Counted from the stretch's first letter, positions 27,832 to 37,947 are shown. The stretch is DNA of 64,000 nt from a bacterium (GCA_040390065.1 JAZJZE010000006.1:1-64000); one strand, 5' to 3'. A program made the numbers and translations. Notes: generated from the letters alone by a model not told the origin.

Positions 27832-30174
27832 ATGACGCCAAGGAACATCTCCGTCCGCGCCGCGGGTGCGCTCTCGCCAGGTACCTCTGGCCGACCCCGG
27901 ACGCGCCGCAATCTGCTGTACTGCCTCGCGCTGGCCGCCCTCGTGGCCCTTCTGGTCCCCGGAGCGAAGGCCGGCCCGGTCCACGCCACCGCAATTTCCG
28001 CCGGCGGCGCGCACGACTGCGTCCTTACCAACGAAGCCAACGTCGACTGTCGAGGCCTCAACAACCACGGTCAGGCCGCAGACTACACTGGGGGTCACGC
28101 CGTCGAGGTGGCCGCAGGCTACGTCCACACGTGCATCCGCACCGATGATGGGGACGTGGACTGTTGGGGCGACAACGGATACGGCGAGGCCGCCGACTAC
28201 ACGGGCGGCGATGCCATCGGCGTCGGCGCCGGCGTGCACCACTCGTGCGTCCTGCAGTCCTCGGGAAACGTCGACTGCTACGGGGAGTCAGCCTTCGGCA
28301 TCAGCGACGACTACACGGGCGGCGACGCCGTGCAACTCGACGTCCATCTTTGGCAGAACTGCATCCTCAAGACGAGCGGCGACGCGCATTGTTGGGGATC
28401 CTCGCCGAACGATTACACCCTCGGCGATGCCGTCGCGGTCGGCGCAGGCAACGGCCTGATGTGCGTGGTCACGACCGGCGGCAGCGTCGAGTGTGATGGC
28501 GATAACACGTACGGGCAGGCCATCGACTACGCCGGCGGCGACGCCATCCAAGCTTCGCCCTCGAACGGCTTCACGTGCATCCTCAAGAGCGACGGCAACG
28601 TCGATTGCACAGGGTACAACGATTACGGCGAGGCAAACGACTACGCGGGCGGCGACGTCTTGCAGGTCGCCACCGGCCCATACCACCAGTGTCTGCTCCT
28701 GGAGTCGGGAAGCGTCGACTGCACCGGCAGCGATTACACCACCGACTGGTTCGCCGATAGCGACGGCGACGGCGTGCTCGACAACGTCGACAACTGCCCT
28801 GCCGACGCCAACGCGGGCCAGGCCGACGCCGACAGTGACGGCATCGGCGACGCGTGCGACCTCGACAACGACAACGATGGCGTTCCCGATACCACGGACA
28901 ACTGTCCAAGCGATGCCAACGCCAGCCAGGCCGACAATGATGCAGACGGTGACGGAGACGTGTGCGACAGCGACGACGACAACGATTCGGTTCCTGACGC
29001 GTCCGACAACTGCGTCTTTTTGGCCAACATCGCGCAGGATGACAATGACGCCGATGGCTCGGGTGATGCTTGCGATTTCGACGACGACAATGACACAGTC
29101 GCGGATGGCGCGGACAACTGTGCGTTCATGGCCAACACCGACCAGGCCGACAACGATGCAGACGGTGCCGGGGATGCTTGCGACAGCGACGATGACGACG
29201 ACACGATCGCCGACACGGCAGACAATTGTCCCTTCGCAGCCAACACCGCGCAGGCCAACAACGACGGCGACGCCATGGGCGACGCATGCGATCCGGACGA
29301 TGACAACGACGGTGTTGCCGACGGCACGGACAATTGCCTCTTCACGGCCAATGCGGGCCAGGCCGACAACGACGCCGACGGTTCGGGAGATGCCTGCGAC
29401 GCTGATGACGATAACGACGGCGTTGCGGATGGCACCGACAATTGCCCATTCATCGCCAATGCCGGCCAGGCGAACAACGATGGCGACGCGACGGGCGACG
29501 CATGCGACCCGGACGATGACAACGACGGCGAGGCGGACGCAGCGGACAACTGTGTCTTCACGGCGAACCCCGGCCAGGCGGACGTCGACGGCGATGGCAT
29601 CGGGGATGCCTGCGACGACTCCGACGGCGACAGTGTGATGGACGACACGGACAATTGCCGCACGACGCCAAACGCCGGGCAAGGCGACAACGATGCGGAC
29701 GGCCAAGGCGATGTCTGCGACACGGACGACGACAACGATAGCGTGCCGGACTCCGTCGACAACTGCGACCTGGACGCCAACCCCGGCCAGACGGACCTCG
29801 ATGCCGACGGCCAAGGCGACGCATGCGATGCCGACGACGATAACGACGGCATCGCGGACGGAGCCGACAACTGCCCGACCATCGCCAACGCGAGCCAAAG
29901 TGACGCCGACGGCGACGGGCAAGGGGATGCCTGCGACCCCGTCAACGACGATGCAGATGGTGACGGCGTCCCCAACACCACCGACAACTGTCCCGTCGAT
30001 CCCAACGGCGGTCAAGGCGACCAGGACGCAGACGGCAGCGGCGACGTGTGCGATCCCGACGATGACGGTGACGGCGTCGCGGACAGCCAGGAACCCTTCC
30101 TCTGCGCCAATGAGAACCCCTTGACCCCCTTGGACGGCCATTGCGTCGGGAGCGACTACTACCCGCCGCCGTGA
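27832..30174 (+). CDS. secreted RCC1/BLIP-II-like propeller + 12 thrombospondin type 3-like repeats + CANENP tag
   Basis: 7 blades of the form AG..HxC....G.V.C.G....G, then 12 repeats of ~36 aa (DxDxDG..D..DNC....N..Q.D.D.DG.GDACD). Confidence 0.87.
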   Translation: MTPRNISVRAAGALSPGTSGRPRTRRNLLYCLALAALVALLVPGAKAGPVHATAISAGGAHDCVLTNEANVDCRGLNNHGQAADYTGGHAVEVAAGYVHTCIRTDDGDVDCWGDNGYGEAADYTGGDAIGVGAGVHHSCVLQSSGNVDCYGESAFGISDDYTGGDAVQLDVHLWQNCILKTSGDAHCWGSSPNDYTLGDAVAVGAGNGLMCVVTTGGSVECDGDNTYGQAIDYAGGDAIQASPSNGFTCILKSDGNVDCTGYNDYGEANDYAGGDVLQVATGPYHQCLLLESGSVDCTGSDYTTDWFADSDGDGVLDNVDNCPADANAGQADADSDGIGDACDLDNDNDGVPDTTDNCPSDANASQADNDADGDGDVCDSDDDNDSVPDASDNCVFLANIAQDDNDADGSGDACDFDDDNDTVADGADNCAFMANTDQADNDADGAGDACDSDDDDDTIADTADNCPFAANTAQANNDGDAMGDACDPDDDNDGVADGTDNCLFTANAGQADNDADGSGDACDADDDNDGVADGTDNCPFIANAGQANNDGDATGDACDPDDDNDGEADAADNCVFTANPGQADVDGDGIGDACDDSDGDSVMDDTDNCRTTPNAGQGDNDADGQGDVCDTDDDNDSVPDSVDNCDLDANPGQTDLDADGQGDACDADDDNDGIADGADNCPTIANASQSDADGDGQGDACDPVNDDADGDGVPNTTDNCPVDPNGGQGDQDADGSGDVCDPDDDGDGVADSQEPFLCANENPLTPLDGHCVGSDYYPPP
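28756..30060 (+). repeat. TSP type 3-like Ca2+-binding repeat array (~108-bp period)
   Basis: 12 consecutive DNC...GD(A/V)CD units. Confidence 0.9.
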
Positions 30175-30210
30175 CCCAATCCACCCCCCTTCTCCCCTTG
30201 ACCCAGAACC

Positions 30211-31050
30211 ATGGTGAACCGCATGAACAAACCAACACTCGTCCTCGTGACTGCCTGCATGCTCGTGACTGCCTTCCCGGCGTCCGCAACCTTCCCCGAC
30301 AGCGACCCCATCCCGGACGCAGCCGAACAACTCGTCTGCGGCTTCCCGGCGGTCAAGAACGCCATCAACATGCTTCCCCCGAACGTCCTGCACTGCGACC
30401 CCGACGGCGACCTGACGGGCGACCTCCTGGTCCCCGCGACGCCGCCCGCCCCGTGCGGCTCCTGTGCGGCGACCGACATCGTCGCGGATCAGGTCTTGCC
30501 GCTGGTCCCCGGCATCCCCACGCCCCCGGTCGTGCTGCCGCCCAACGACATCCCGCCCAACGGCGTGCTGCTCGGCTACCTCAGCACGGAATACCGCCCG
30601 CTTCCCATCGACCGCTGGTGCGTCATCTGGGCCCCCGTCATGGGCCCCCCCGTGCCCGTCTGCGTCGACGCCGGCCCGGCCAGTCCGCTCCTGCCGCAGC
30701 AGCCCCCGACGCCCATCGGCAGCACGCCGGGCATCCCCGCGGGCTCCATCTTCAACCAGGACCCCGATGACGTGCCGTCCGTCGACATCCGCGTGCACGT
30801 CCAGTACTTCCACGACGACACCATGTTGAACCAGCGCGTGGGCGTCGGCCCGACGGGACCCTTCGAGCCCGTCGACCTGGACAACACGGGGGCCATCAAC
30901 TGGTGGGCGACGAACGCCGCCGGCACGGGACTCGTTGTGAGCCTCACGCCCATCGTCGGCGGCAACCCGCAGACCCCCATCGTGGTCTCCGCGCCGATGG
31001 TCGGCCAGGCCGTCGCGGCCGCAGCCGCCACCGTGGCGTCGCTGCCGTAA
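30211..31050 (+). CDS. secreted Pro-rich hypothetical protein
   Basis: Signal peptide ending ASA, paired cysteines and typical codon usage. Lacks the CANENP tag. Confidence 0.75.
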   Translation: MVNRMNKPTLVLVTACMLVTAFPASATFPDSDPIPDAAEQLVCGFPAVKNAINMLPPNVLHCDPDGDLTGDLLVPATPPAPCGSCAATDIVADQVLPLVPGIPTPPVVLPPNDIPPNGVLLGYLSTEYRPLPIDRWCVIWAPVMGPPVPVCVDAGPASPLLPQQPPTPIGSTPGIPAGSIFNQDPDDVPSVDIRVHVQYFHDDTMLNQRVGVGPTGPFEPVDLDNTGAINWWATNAAGTGLVVSLTPIVGGNPQTPIVVSAPMVGQAVAAAAATVASLP

Positions 31051-31132
31051 GCGTCCAATCGGGTCCGCCCAGCCCGGATCCAGCCCGTGAGGCGCCGCCT
31101 CCAAATACCGCGGCACCTCACGGGCCTTCGGC

Positions 31133-32194
31133 GTGAACCTCTACTGGCCGCACCACGTCATCCCGCGCAGTGCGCGCCGCCGCAACGCGAAGCGCCGCGG
31201 CGCGTGGGATGGCGCCGAAGCGGCCGCGTCGTCCGTCCTGCTGGTGAGCCATGCCAACTGCTTGGACGGCGTCGGCGCGGCCCTCGTCGTCCTGCGCACT
31301 CTCGGCCCCGCAGGGGTCGGTGTGTGCTACGTGCAGCCCGGAGAGATGGCCGAAGTGTTGAGCCATTTCGCCAGCGTTCCCGGGGGCGGGCGCCGCCTGC
31401 TGGTTGCCGACCTCTCGTTGCAGCCGGACCAGTACGACGGCATCGTCGCCGCGTGCCGGCGCCTGCGCGAGGGCGGTTGGAGGATCGAGTGGCGCGACCA
31501 CCATCACAAGCAGTGGGAGGGCCTCGACCTGTCGCGGCTTCGGGCGCAGCTCGTGGTGCTGGACGTCAACGCCGATGCGACGGAGTCCGGAGCGAGCCTG
31601 CAGCAGAAGGCGACGGCGCCGAAGGACGCATTCCTTGCGCGCCTGGCCGAAACCGTGCGCGACCGCGACCTGTGGTGGAACAAGACGCCTGACTCCGAGA
31701 CGCTCGAGTTCGCCCTCAGCGATTTGGGGACGAAACGTTTCGTGGCCGCTTACCTCGCCGCGCCCGCGCCATCGGCCGTTGTCTTGCCCGCCGTCGCCGA
31801 GGCGGCCCAGCGCGAACGCGACGGACAGGCACGTGTGCTCGCGCGCCTGCTCGGCCAGGCGCGGTACTTCGGCGAGGGCACCACGCGCGTCGGCGTCATC
31901 TACGGCTGGCTGCCGAAGAACACGGGCCTGCACGAACTTCTGCACGACCATGCTTGCCACGTCGCCGTCAACGTGCGCCCGAACGGCAAAGTCAGTCTGC
32001 GCAGCCGCAAGGGTGCCGACGTGTGCCATCTCATCGCCCGCGACTTTTCCGGGGGCGGCCACCCGAACGCCTCAGGCGCCGACCTTGGCTTGTCGGGCCG
32101 GTCCTACTGGTGGTATGTTCTCCGCCGCGGCCGCGTCGCCGTCGTCGAGAGACTCGCGGCGCGAGCCGTCGCAGCCCTGCGGGACGGTGCGTGA
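31133..32194 (+). CDS. DHH/DHHA1 phosphoesterase (NrnB/oligoribonuclease-like)
   Basis: SHANCLDG, ADLS, RDHH, DRDLW, SLRS and GGGHPNASG. Confidence 0.85.
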   Translation: MNLYWPHHVIPRSARRRNAKRRGAWDGAEAAASSVLLVSHANCLDGVGAALVVLRTLGPAGVGVCYVQPGEMAEVLSHFASVPGGGRRLLVADLSLQPDQYDGIVAACRRLREGGWRIEWRDHHHKQWEGLDLSRLRAQLVVLDVNADATESGASLQQKATAPKDAFLARLAETVRDRDLWWNKTPDSETLEFALSDLGTKRFVAAYLAAPAPSAVVLPAVAEAAQRERDGQARVLARLLGQARYFGEGTTRVGVIYGWLPKNTGLHELLHDHACHVAVNVRPNGKVSLRSRKGADVCHLIARDFSGGGHPNASGADLGLSGRSYWWYVLRRGRVAVVERLAARAVAALRDGA

Positions 32195-33177
32195 TGGCCA
32201 AGCCGCGGCCGGCGCAAGGCGTCGTGCAAGGCGACGCGGTCGTCGTGAAGGACGAGGCGCAGGCCAACCGCCTGCACAACCGCGGTTATCTCGGCGCCCC
32301 GCAGCCCGGCAACACGTTGCGCCTGACGCTCACGGAAGCTTCCTGGGCCGTGGCCGAGGGGCGACTCGTCGTGCAGCAAGACGGGAAGGGGTTGGGCTTG
32401 CCGACGTTGCTGGATTTCGCAGCCAATCGGGACCTCACGGCGGCGGCCCAATACGCCGTCTATCGTGACCTGCGCGAGCGTGGCCTCGTCGTGCGCCATG
32501 TTGCCGCCGGCCTTGCCGCATGGCCTCGTGGCAAAGGGATCGACGGCGAGCCGGATTTCGTCGTGCGGCCGCATTCCGAGGACGATGGCATCCCCGCCAC
32601 AGACCTGTGGGTGTCGAACGGCATGGTGCACGCCATCGTAGACGCCGACGGCGCAGTCACGTACTTTCGCGCTACGACGGCATCCCCGGAGGGAACGACG
32701 GTCGAGCCGCGTTTTCCCAAAACGGCCGGCCAGCGCATCGGTGGCCAGGTGCTCGTCACCGACCCCACTGCCTGCCAGGCCATGACGGCGGCGTTCGTGG
32801 GGGCCGCGGGGCTGGGCGGTGTCGTTCTCTCCCGCGCGGAGGCAGCATGGCTGGAGGGCCGAGGCATCCTGGACGTCGCCGGCGGCGCAGACGACGGCGC
32901 GGCGCCAACTGTCGCGGCGACCCTGGCGTCCCTCCGAGCCCGCGGCATCGTCGTGCGGTCCGGCTTCCGTTTCGGCACGCACCTGCGCGGCTACCGAGGA
33001 GACCCGGATGCCGGGCACGCTGAGTGGATCGTGACCTGCTGCAATGCAGACGACGAGCTCCCATGGAGGCTACTCGCGCGGGCCATCCGTGTAGCGCATG
33101 GCGTGCGCAAGACGTTCCTTGTCGCCCTGGCCGCGGCAGACGTGCAGTATGTCGCGCTCGCCTGGTTCAAACCGTAA
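32194..33177 (+). CDS. endA: tRNA intron endonuclease (alpha2, two-unit type)
   Basis: VYRDLRERGLVV in unit 1. Unit 2 has SGFRFGTHLRGY...HAEW...HGVRK (Tyr/His/Lys triad). Confidence 0.88.
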   Translation: MAKPRPAQGVVQGDAVVVKDEAQANRLHNRGYLGAPQPGNTLRLTLTEASWAVAEGRLVVQQDGKGLGLPTLLDFAANRDLTAAAQYAVYRDLRERGLVVRHVAAGLAAWPRGKGIDGEPDFVVRPHSEDDGIPATDLWVSNGMVHAIVDADGAVTYFRATTASPEGTTVEPRFPKTAGQRIGGQVLVTDPTACQAMTAAFVGAAGLGGVVLSRAEAAWLEGRGILDVAGGADDGAAPTVAATLASLRARGIVVRSGFRFGTHLRGYRGDPDAGHAEWIVTCCNADDELPWRLLARAIRVAHGVRKTFLVALAAADVQYVALAWFKP

Positions 33178-33274
33178 CGCGGCATCCCCTTGAGGCTGGG
33201 GTGGAGGTGGCCAAACTCGCACACGCCTTGGCCGGTCCTTTCACCCCTAAGGCCGGCCGGTGCCTGCGCCCATC

Positions 33275-34480
33275 ATGCGCGTGTCCATTGCCGTCCTCGC
33301 CGCCGTCCTGCTCATCGCCCCGCCCATCCCCGTCGGCGGCCAGGCGCAGCCGTCGGGCGTGCGGATTTCCGAGATCATGTCCGATCCGGATACAACGGCG
33401 GGCCAGCGCGAGTTCATCGAGGTGTGGAACACCGGCCAATCGGCGGTCGCCCTGGCGGGCTGGAAGTTGCACGATGCCGCGACCGCATCGGGATCGGTGA
33501 ACACCTTCACCTTTCCGCCATGGAGCCTGCCCCCCAACGGCCGGGTCGTCGTCTGGGGTGGCGGCGTCGGAGACGGCCGCGGGCCCGCGTGGAGCAACTC
33601 CGCGGTCTGGAACAATGCAGGCGATGGCGTGAGCCTCGTCGACAGTGGAGGTGCCACCATCGACTGGGTGGGCTACGGGTCGGCCGTACCGCCGCCAGGG
33701 TTTGGCAATCAATCCGTCCCCGCCGCGCCGCCCCGGGGGCAATCGTTGCAGCTCGATGGCAGTGCCTGGGCACCCGGCGCGCCCACGCCTGGCAGCGCCC
33801 CCGGCGCCGTCGGCGGATCGCTCACGATTGAGGTCGCCAATGTTGCACCGTCCGTGGCCTTCGCCGCCACGCCGGTAAGCGCTCGTCCCGGTTCTAGCAT
33901 CGCCGTGTCGTTCGTCGTGGATGACCCGAACGGCCCCTCGGATGTCGTCACGTGGCGCCTCTCGTCAGGGCAGGGGATCCTCGCAACTGGGACTGCGACA
34001 GGAACCCGGACCTTGCACCTCGCGGCGCCCCCGTCACCCGGGGCCTGGGTGCTCAACCTGACGGCGACCGATGCGGCCGGGGCCAGTGCCGCAGCCGCGG
34101 CCATCATCCAAGTGCGGAACACGGACCTCGTCGTGACGATCCCGGCGGGTGCGCTCCAGTTCGGTCAGGCCGCCCCCGGCGAGTCCGAGGTCACGGGCGT
34201 GGGCGCCGTCGACGTCACGAACGACGGCGACGCGGACGTGACGCCGCTTTTGGACGTCTCCGGATTCGCGGGGTCCGGCGGGCTGGCGTTTCCCGCCGAG
34301 GGCCATGTACGCGTGACCTGGGATGCAGGCAACCAGACCATCGCTTACGTTCACCCCCTGACGGCGCTTTCGCCCCTCGCGCCGCACGGTCACGCGACGC
34401 TGCGCTTCCATCTCGTCGATGTCCCCGCGGGATTGGCCGCAGGAACCTATGGCGCTTCGTTCACGTTGGTCGCGCAATGA
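33275..34480 (+). CDS. secreted lamin-tail-domain protein
   Basis: VRISEIMSDP..EFIEVWN...LAGWKL...WNNAGDGVSLVD..IDWVGY, followed by Ig-like segments. Confidence 0.8.
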   Translation: MRVSIAVLAAVLLIAPPIPVGGQAQPSGVRISEIMSDPDTTAGQREFIEVWNTGQSAVALAGWKLHDAATASGSVNTFTFPPWSLPPNGRVVVWGGGVGDGRGPAWSNSAVWNNAGDGVSLVDSGGATIDWVGYGSAVPPPGFGNQSVPAAPPRGQSLQLDGSAWAPGAPTPGSAPGAVGGSLTIEVANVAPSVAFAATPVSARPGSSIAVSFVVDDPNGPSDVVTWRLSSGQGILATGTATGTRTLHLAAPPSPGAWVLNLTATDAAGASAAAAAIIQVRNTDLVVTIPAGALQFGQAAPGESEVTGVGAVDVTNDGDADVTPLLDVSGFAGSGGLAFPAEGHVRVTWDAGNQTIAYVHPLTALSPLAPHGHATLRFHLVDVPAGLAAGTYGASFTLVAQ

Positions 34481-34857
34481 TGCACGTCCTGGTTGCCGTC
34501 GTCATCCTTCATCCGGTCCTGGCGGAGCCGGGGGACGTGCGGCTGGTCGCCGCCGGGACGGGCGGGGCGAGTACGGAGTGGGCGGTCGACGGCGCGCACG
34601 TCGCATCGACGGCAGACCGGGAGGCCGCCGTCGTGCACCTACAGGCCGGCGGGCACCGCATCGAGGCCGAAAGCCATGCGTCGCGTGCGTGGATCGCCAT
34701 CGCCCGAGTGGTCCCGGCACAACCCGGCCTCGCCTACGTCCCATCGTGGAGCGGCGGAGCGGCAGGGGAAGCTACGCGGCCAATCCCCGTCGACCTTCCC
34801 GTGGTGGGCGTGGCCGTCGCAGCCGCGGGGTTGCGCCGTCATTCGAAGGGGCCTTGA
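34477..34857 (+). CDS. small hypothetical protein
   Basis: ATGA overlap with the upstream gene and a C-terminal hydrophobic stretch followed by RR. Confidence 0.5.
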   Translation: MMHVLVAVVILHPVLAEPGDVRLVAAGTGGASTEWAVDGAHVASTADREAAVVHLQAGGHRIEAESHASRAWIAIARVVPAQPGLAYVPSWSGGAAGEATRPIPVDLPVVGVAVAAAGLRRHSKGP

Positions 34858-34880
34858 AGCCCGGCCGGCATGGCTTGCGC

Positions 34881-36212
34881 GTGCAGATCGACCCGTGGGG
34901 CAGCGGGCAGGTGAAGGACTACGCGCGCTTGCGCGACGAGTTCGGCATCGCGGCCTTCGGCGTCGCCGAGTACAGCGTCTTCGCCAAGCCGCACAACCTG
35001 TTCAGGCGCGGCGTCGTCTTTGGCCACCGCGACTTCGAACGGGTCGCGGACGCCGTCAAGGCGCAGGACGCATGGTCCGTGATGACGGGCTTCATGCCGT
35101 CCGGCGATCTGCACATGGGCCACAAGATGGTCCTGGAACAGGTCATCGCCCATCAAGCGGAAGGGGCCGACGTCCACCTGGCCTTGGCCGACTTCGAGGC
35201 CGTGGCTGCGCGCGGCTTTACCCTGGAGAAGGCCCGCGAAGTCGCCGTGGACCAATACGTGCGCAATGCGTTGGCCCTCGGCCTTTCGCCCGGCAATGCG
35301 GAATTCTACTTCCAGACGAAGCGCAAACGGGTGACCGATCTGGCGCACCGTTTTGCGCAGAAGGTCAACCTGTCCCAGATGCAGGCCCTGTACGGATTTG
35401 CCGGCGAGACGTCGGTCGCGCACGTGCTGGCCCCAATCATCCAGGCCGCGGACATCCTGCACGTCCAGGGCGACGAGGCGGGGGCGCGGCCCGTGCTCGT
35501 CCCAGTCGGCGTCGACCAGGATCCGCACGTTCGCTTGACGCGTGACATCGCAGCGGATTGGCGTTGGTTTGGCGTGACCTGGATGAAGGGCGACGGCGGG
35601 TCGCAGCTGACCGTGAGCGTGCGCCGCGGCGGCGACAAGAAGGCCGCGCTCGACCTGGCGGAGAGGGCGCTGCGCGACAACGGATACGGCGAACTGCGGC
35701 GCAACGACGCGTACGGAACGATGGAGGTGCGCGGGGGCACGGCGAAGGACGAGCGGCGGATCGACTTGGCCTTGGCGCGGGCCGAGCGCGCTGCGGGGAA
35801 CGAGACCGCCCTGTTGCGTCCGGCGGCAACGTTCCACCGGTTCATGACGGGCCTGCAGGGTGGCAAGATGTCATCGTCCAAACCGGAGACGTCCATCTAT
35901 CTCACGGAGGATCCGAAGGCGGCGGAGAGGAAGCTTAAGGCTTCCGTCACCGGCGGCCGCGCGACGGCGGAGGAGCAGCGCAAACTCGGCGCCGACCCAA
36001 CGGTCTGCCCGGTCTACGAGATGTACTTGTACCACTTGGCCACCGACGACGCACACTTGCAGGTCGTCTATGACGAATGCCGCAGCGGTGCGCGGCTCTG
36101 CGGCCAGTGCAAGGGTGAAGCGGCGGGCCTGCTTCTCGGTTTCCTCAAGTCCCACAAGGAGAAACGCGACGCGACCGCGCACCTCGTGCCCGAGGTCCTC
36201 GCCACCGACTGA
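34881..36212 (+). CDS. trpS: tryptophan--tRNA ligase (archaeal type)
   Basis: IDPWGS, TGFMPSG..HMGH, PVGVDQDPH, KMSSS and C-terminal C...C..G.RLCGQCK. Confidence 0.95.
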   Translation: MQIDPWGSGQVKDYARLRDEFGIAAFGVAEYSVFAKPHNLFRRGVVFGHRDFERVADAVKAQDAWSVMTGFMPSGDLHMGHKMVLEQVIAHQAEGADVHLALADFEAVAARGFTLEKAREVAVDQYVRNALALGLSPGNAEFYFQTKRKRVTDLAHRFAQKVNLSQMQALYGFAGETSVAHVLAPIIQAADILHVQGDEAGARPVLVPVGVDQDPHVRLTRDIAADWRWFGVTWMKGDGGSQLTVSVRRGGDKKAALDLAERALRDNGYGELRRNDAYGTMEVRGGTAKDERRIDLALARAERAAGNETALLRPAATFHRFMTGLQGGKMSSSKPETSIYLTEDPKAAERKLKASVTGGRATAEEQRKLGADPTVCPVYEMYLYHLATDDAHLQVVYDECRSGARLCGQCKGEAAGLLLGFLKSHKEKRDATAHLVPEVLATD

Positions 36213-36247
36213 GGGCTCAGGCCAGAAAAGGTTTCAACGTCTGCGCC

Positions 36248-37936
36248 GTGCAATCGGCGTTGCGCGTCCTCCTCCTGGCAATGCTCCTCGTCGCTCCAGC
36301 CCTGTCCGGCTGCTTCGGCTTCGGCCCCCAATGCAGCTACCATGTGGCCATCACGCCCATCAGCGACAACGCCCTCACCACCGACAACCGCTTCCGCGTC
36401 GAAGTCACCGAGGACGAGCCGGTGCACATCGAAGCCACCGCGTCGGACGGCCGTTTCGTGCAACAGGACGGTCAGCAGAAGGCTACGCTCGTCATGCCCG
36501 ACGGCACGTGGGACGTCTCCTACAGTGTCCACGGCAACCGCTGCAATTCGTACTCGGGCGTCCGCGTGGATACCACACCGCCGACGATCACGGGGCTGCA
36601 GGCGCTGGCCAACGCGGATTCGGGGCGGCATTACCGTCTCGGCGTCGGCGTCACGATTTCTGGCGCAGCCTCGACGCGCGTCATGGACCTGCGTGACAAT
36701 TCCCTCATCGCCACGAGCCTCCCCGTGGACCTCAACAACCTCGCCGACGGGGTCTCGGCGTACCTGGTCTCCGCGCGGGACGAAGCGGGGAACTACGCCA
36801 ACGCGACCGTGCAGGTCCGCGTCGGCTCCGCCGTCGACCTGCCGGCGGGCAAGTACACGTTCGGCGTGGTGGCGCGGTACTCCAACGACCTCATCCTGTG
36901 GGACATCACCGACCCGGCGTCGTACATGACGGTGGCGCAAGCTTCGGCGGCCACCGGCGGGCATGATCTCGGAGCCGGATATGGCGTCACACCGGCCGAC
37001 GCAGAGGTCCAGCGCGTCGTCGCGGCCACAGTGACGCCCGGCATGACGAGCGCCGAGCGCGCGCTCGCCTTGCTGAAGTACATGATGCGCAACCTGCACT
37101 ACGACACGTCGCGCCTGGACAATGACCACCTGTTGACACCGCACCAAGTCCTCCTCGACATGGAAGACTCGGCTGGCCGGGACTGCACCGACGCCTCGGG
37201 CAAGGCGCCGGATTGCGACGGCCTCGTCATGGACGGCAGTGGCAACGGTGTCAAGGGAGGCATCTGCCGAGACCTCGCCGCCACCTACGTCAGCCTTCTG
37301 CGCGCGGCCGGTGTCCCCGCTCGCTTGGTCTCCGGCTACGTCGCCGGCAACGTCAACGGCTTCCACGCCTGGGCCGAGTTCTACGGGGGCGCACCAGCCG
37401 CGCACCCGGGCCAAGCACCGTGGGTCCCGGTGGACGTGAGCAACGTCGACGGCACCTATTCCGATTCCGTGCTGCTGCAGTCGTTTGGCATCCAGTTGCC
37501 CGAGTACCTGACGTTGCGCGCGGTGCCGGAGACGTCCGAAGTGCAGGGCTGGAGCACGGCGCTCGGCGTACACTACCAGTACCCCCAAGGCACGCCGGAG
37601 CCCAAGATCACGTTCCAGAAATCCGTGGCCGCCGACTTCACGCGCCCGGGTGTCCTGTGCTTCGACCCGCAGACGCGCAGCCGCGCCCCCGCCGACAGCG
37701 AGTCGGCGTGCACCTCCTTCGGGTTCTACTTGCCGCATTTCACTCTGTCCACGACGCGCAGCATCGACTACGGCATTCTCGTCGAATCCGCCGCCAAGGG
37801 GACGCAAGTGAGAGCCGAGGTCGCCTATCCGTTCCCGGAATCGGTGGCGCCGAACCACGTCGACTTCCTGTTCTACGGCCCCCTCGACGGCCAAGACAAG
37901 GTGGCCGGCAAGGCCGACGCTAACTTCACTGTCTGA
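36248..37936 (+). CDS. transglutaminase-like domain lipoprotein
   Basis: LSGC lipobox and triad contexts GICRDLA, FHAWAEFY, WVPVD. Confidence 0.85.
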   Translation: MQSALRVLLLAMLLVAPALSGCFGFGPQCSYHVAITPISDNALTTDNRFRVEVTEDEPVHIEATASDGRFVQQDGQQKATLVMPDGTWDVSYSVHGNRCNSYSGVRVDTTPPTITGLQALANADSGRHYRLGVGVTISGAASTRVMDLRDNSLIATSLPVDLNNLADGVSAYLVSARDEAGNYANATVQVRVGSAVDLPAGKYTFGVVARYSNDLILWDITDPASYMTVAQASAATGGHDLGAGYGVTPADAEVQRVVAATVTPGMTSAERALALLKYMMRNLHYDTSRLDNDHLLTPHQVLLDMEDSAGRDCTDASGKAPDCDGLVMDGSGNGVKGGICRDLAATYVSLLRAAGVPARLVSGYVAGNVNGFHAWAEFYGGAPAAHPGQAPWVPVDVSNVDGTYSDSVLLQSFGIQLPEYLTLRAVPETSEVQGWSTALGVHYQYPQGTPEPKITFQKSVAADFTRPGVLCFDPQTRSRAPADSESACTSFGFYLPHFTLSTTRSIDYGILVESAAKGTQVRAEVAYPFPESVAPNHVDFLFYGPLDGQDKVAGKADANFTV

Positions 37937-37947
37937 TGCGAGGCCAC

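Noticed and set aside
24937-30060. Tandem repeats as a CRISPR array or multi-core RiPP precursors
   Set aside because: The repeats are in-frame coding units with synonymous variation and no unique spacers. No cas genes or RiPP maturases are nearby, and the units lie inside signal-peptide proteins.
22474-30174. Diversity-generating retroelement acting on the shared C-termini
   Set aside because: No reverse transcriptase or non-coding template repeat is present, and differences between the copies are not adenine-specific.
35560-35810. Insertion within TrpRS as a novel domain or intein
   Set aside because: It has no intein termini, and similar insertions between the DQDPH and KMSSS motifs are known in euryarchaeal TrpRS.
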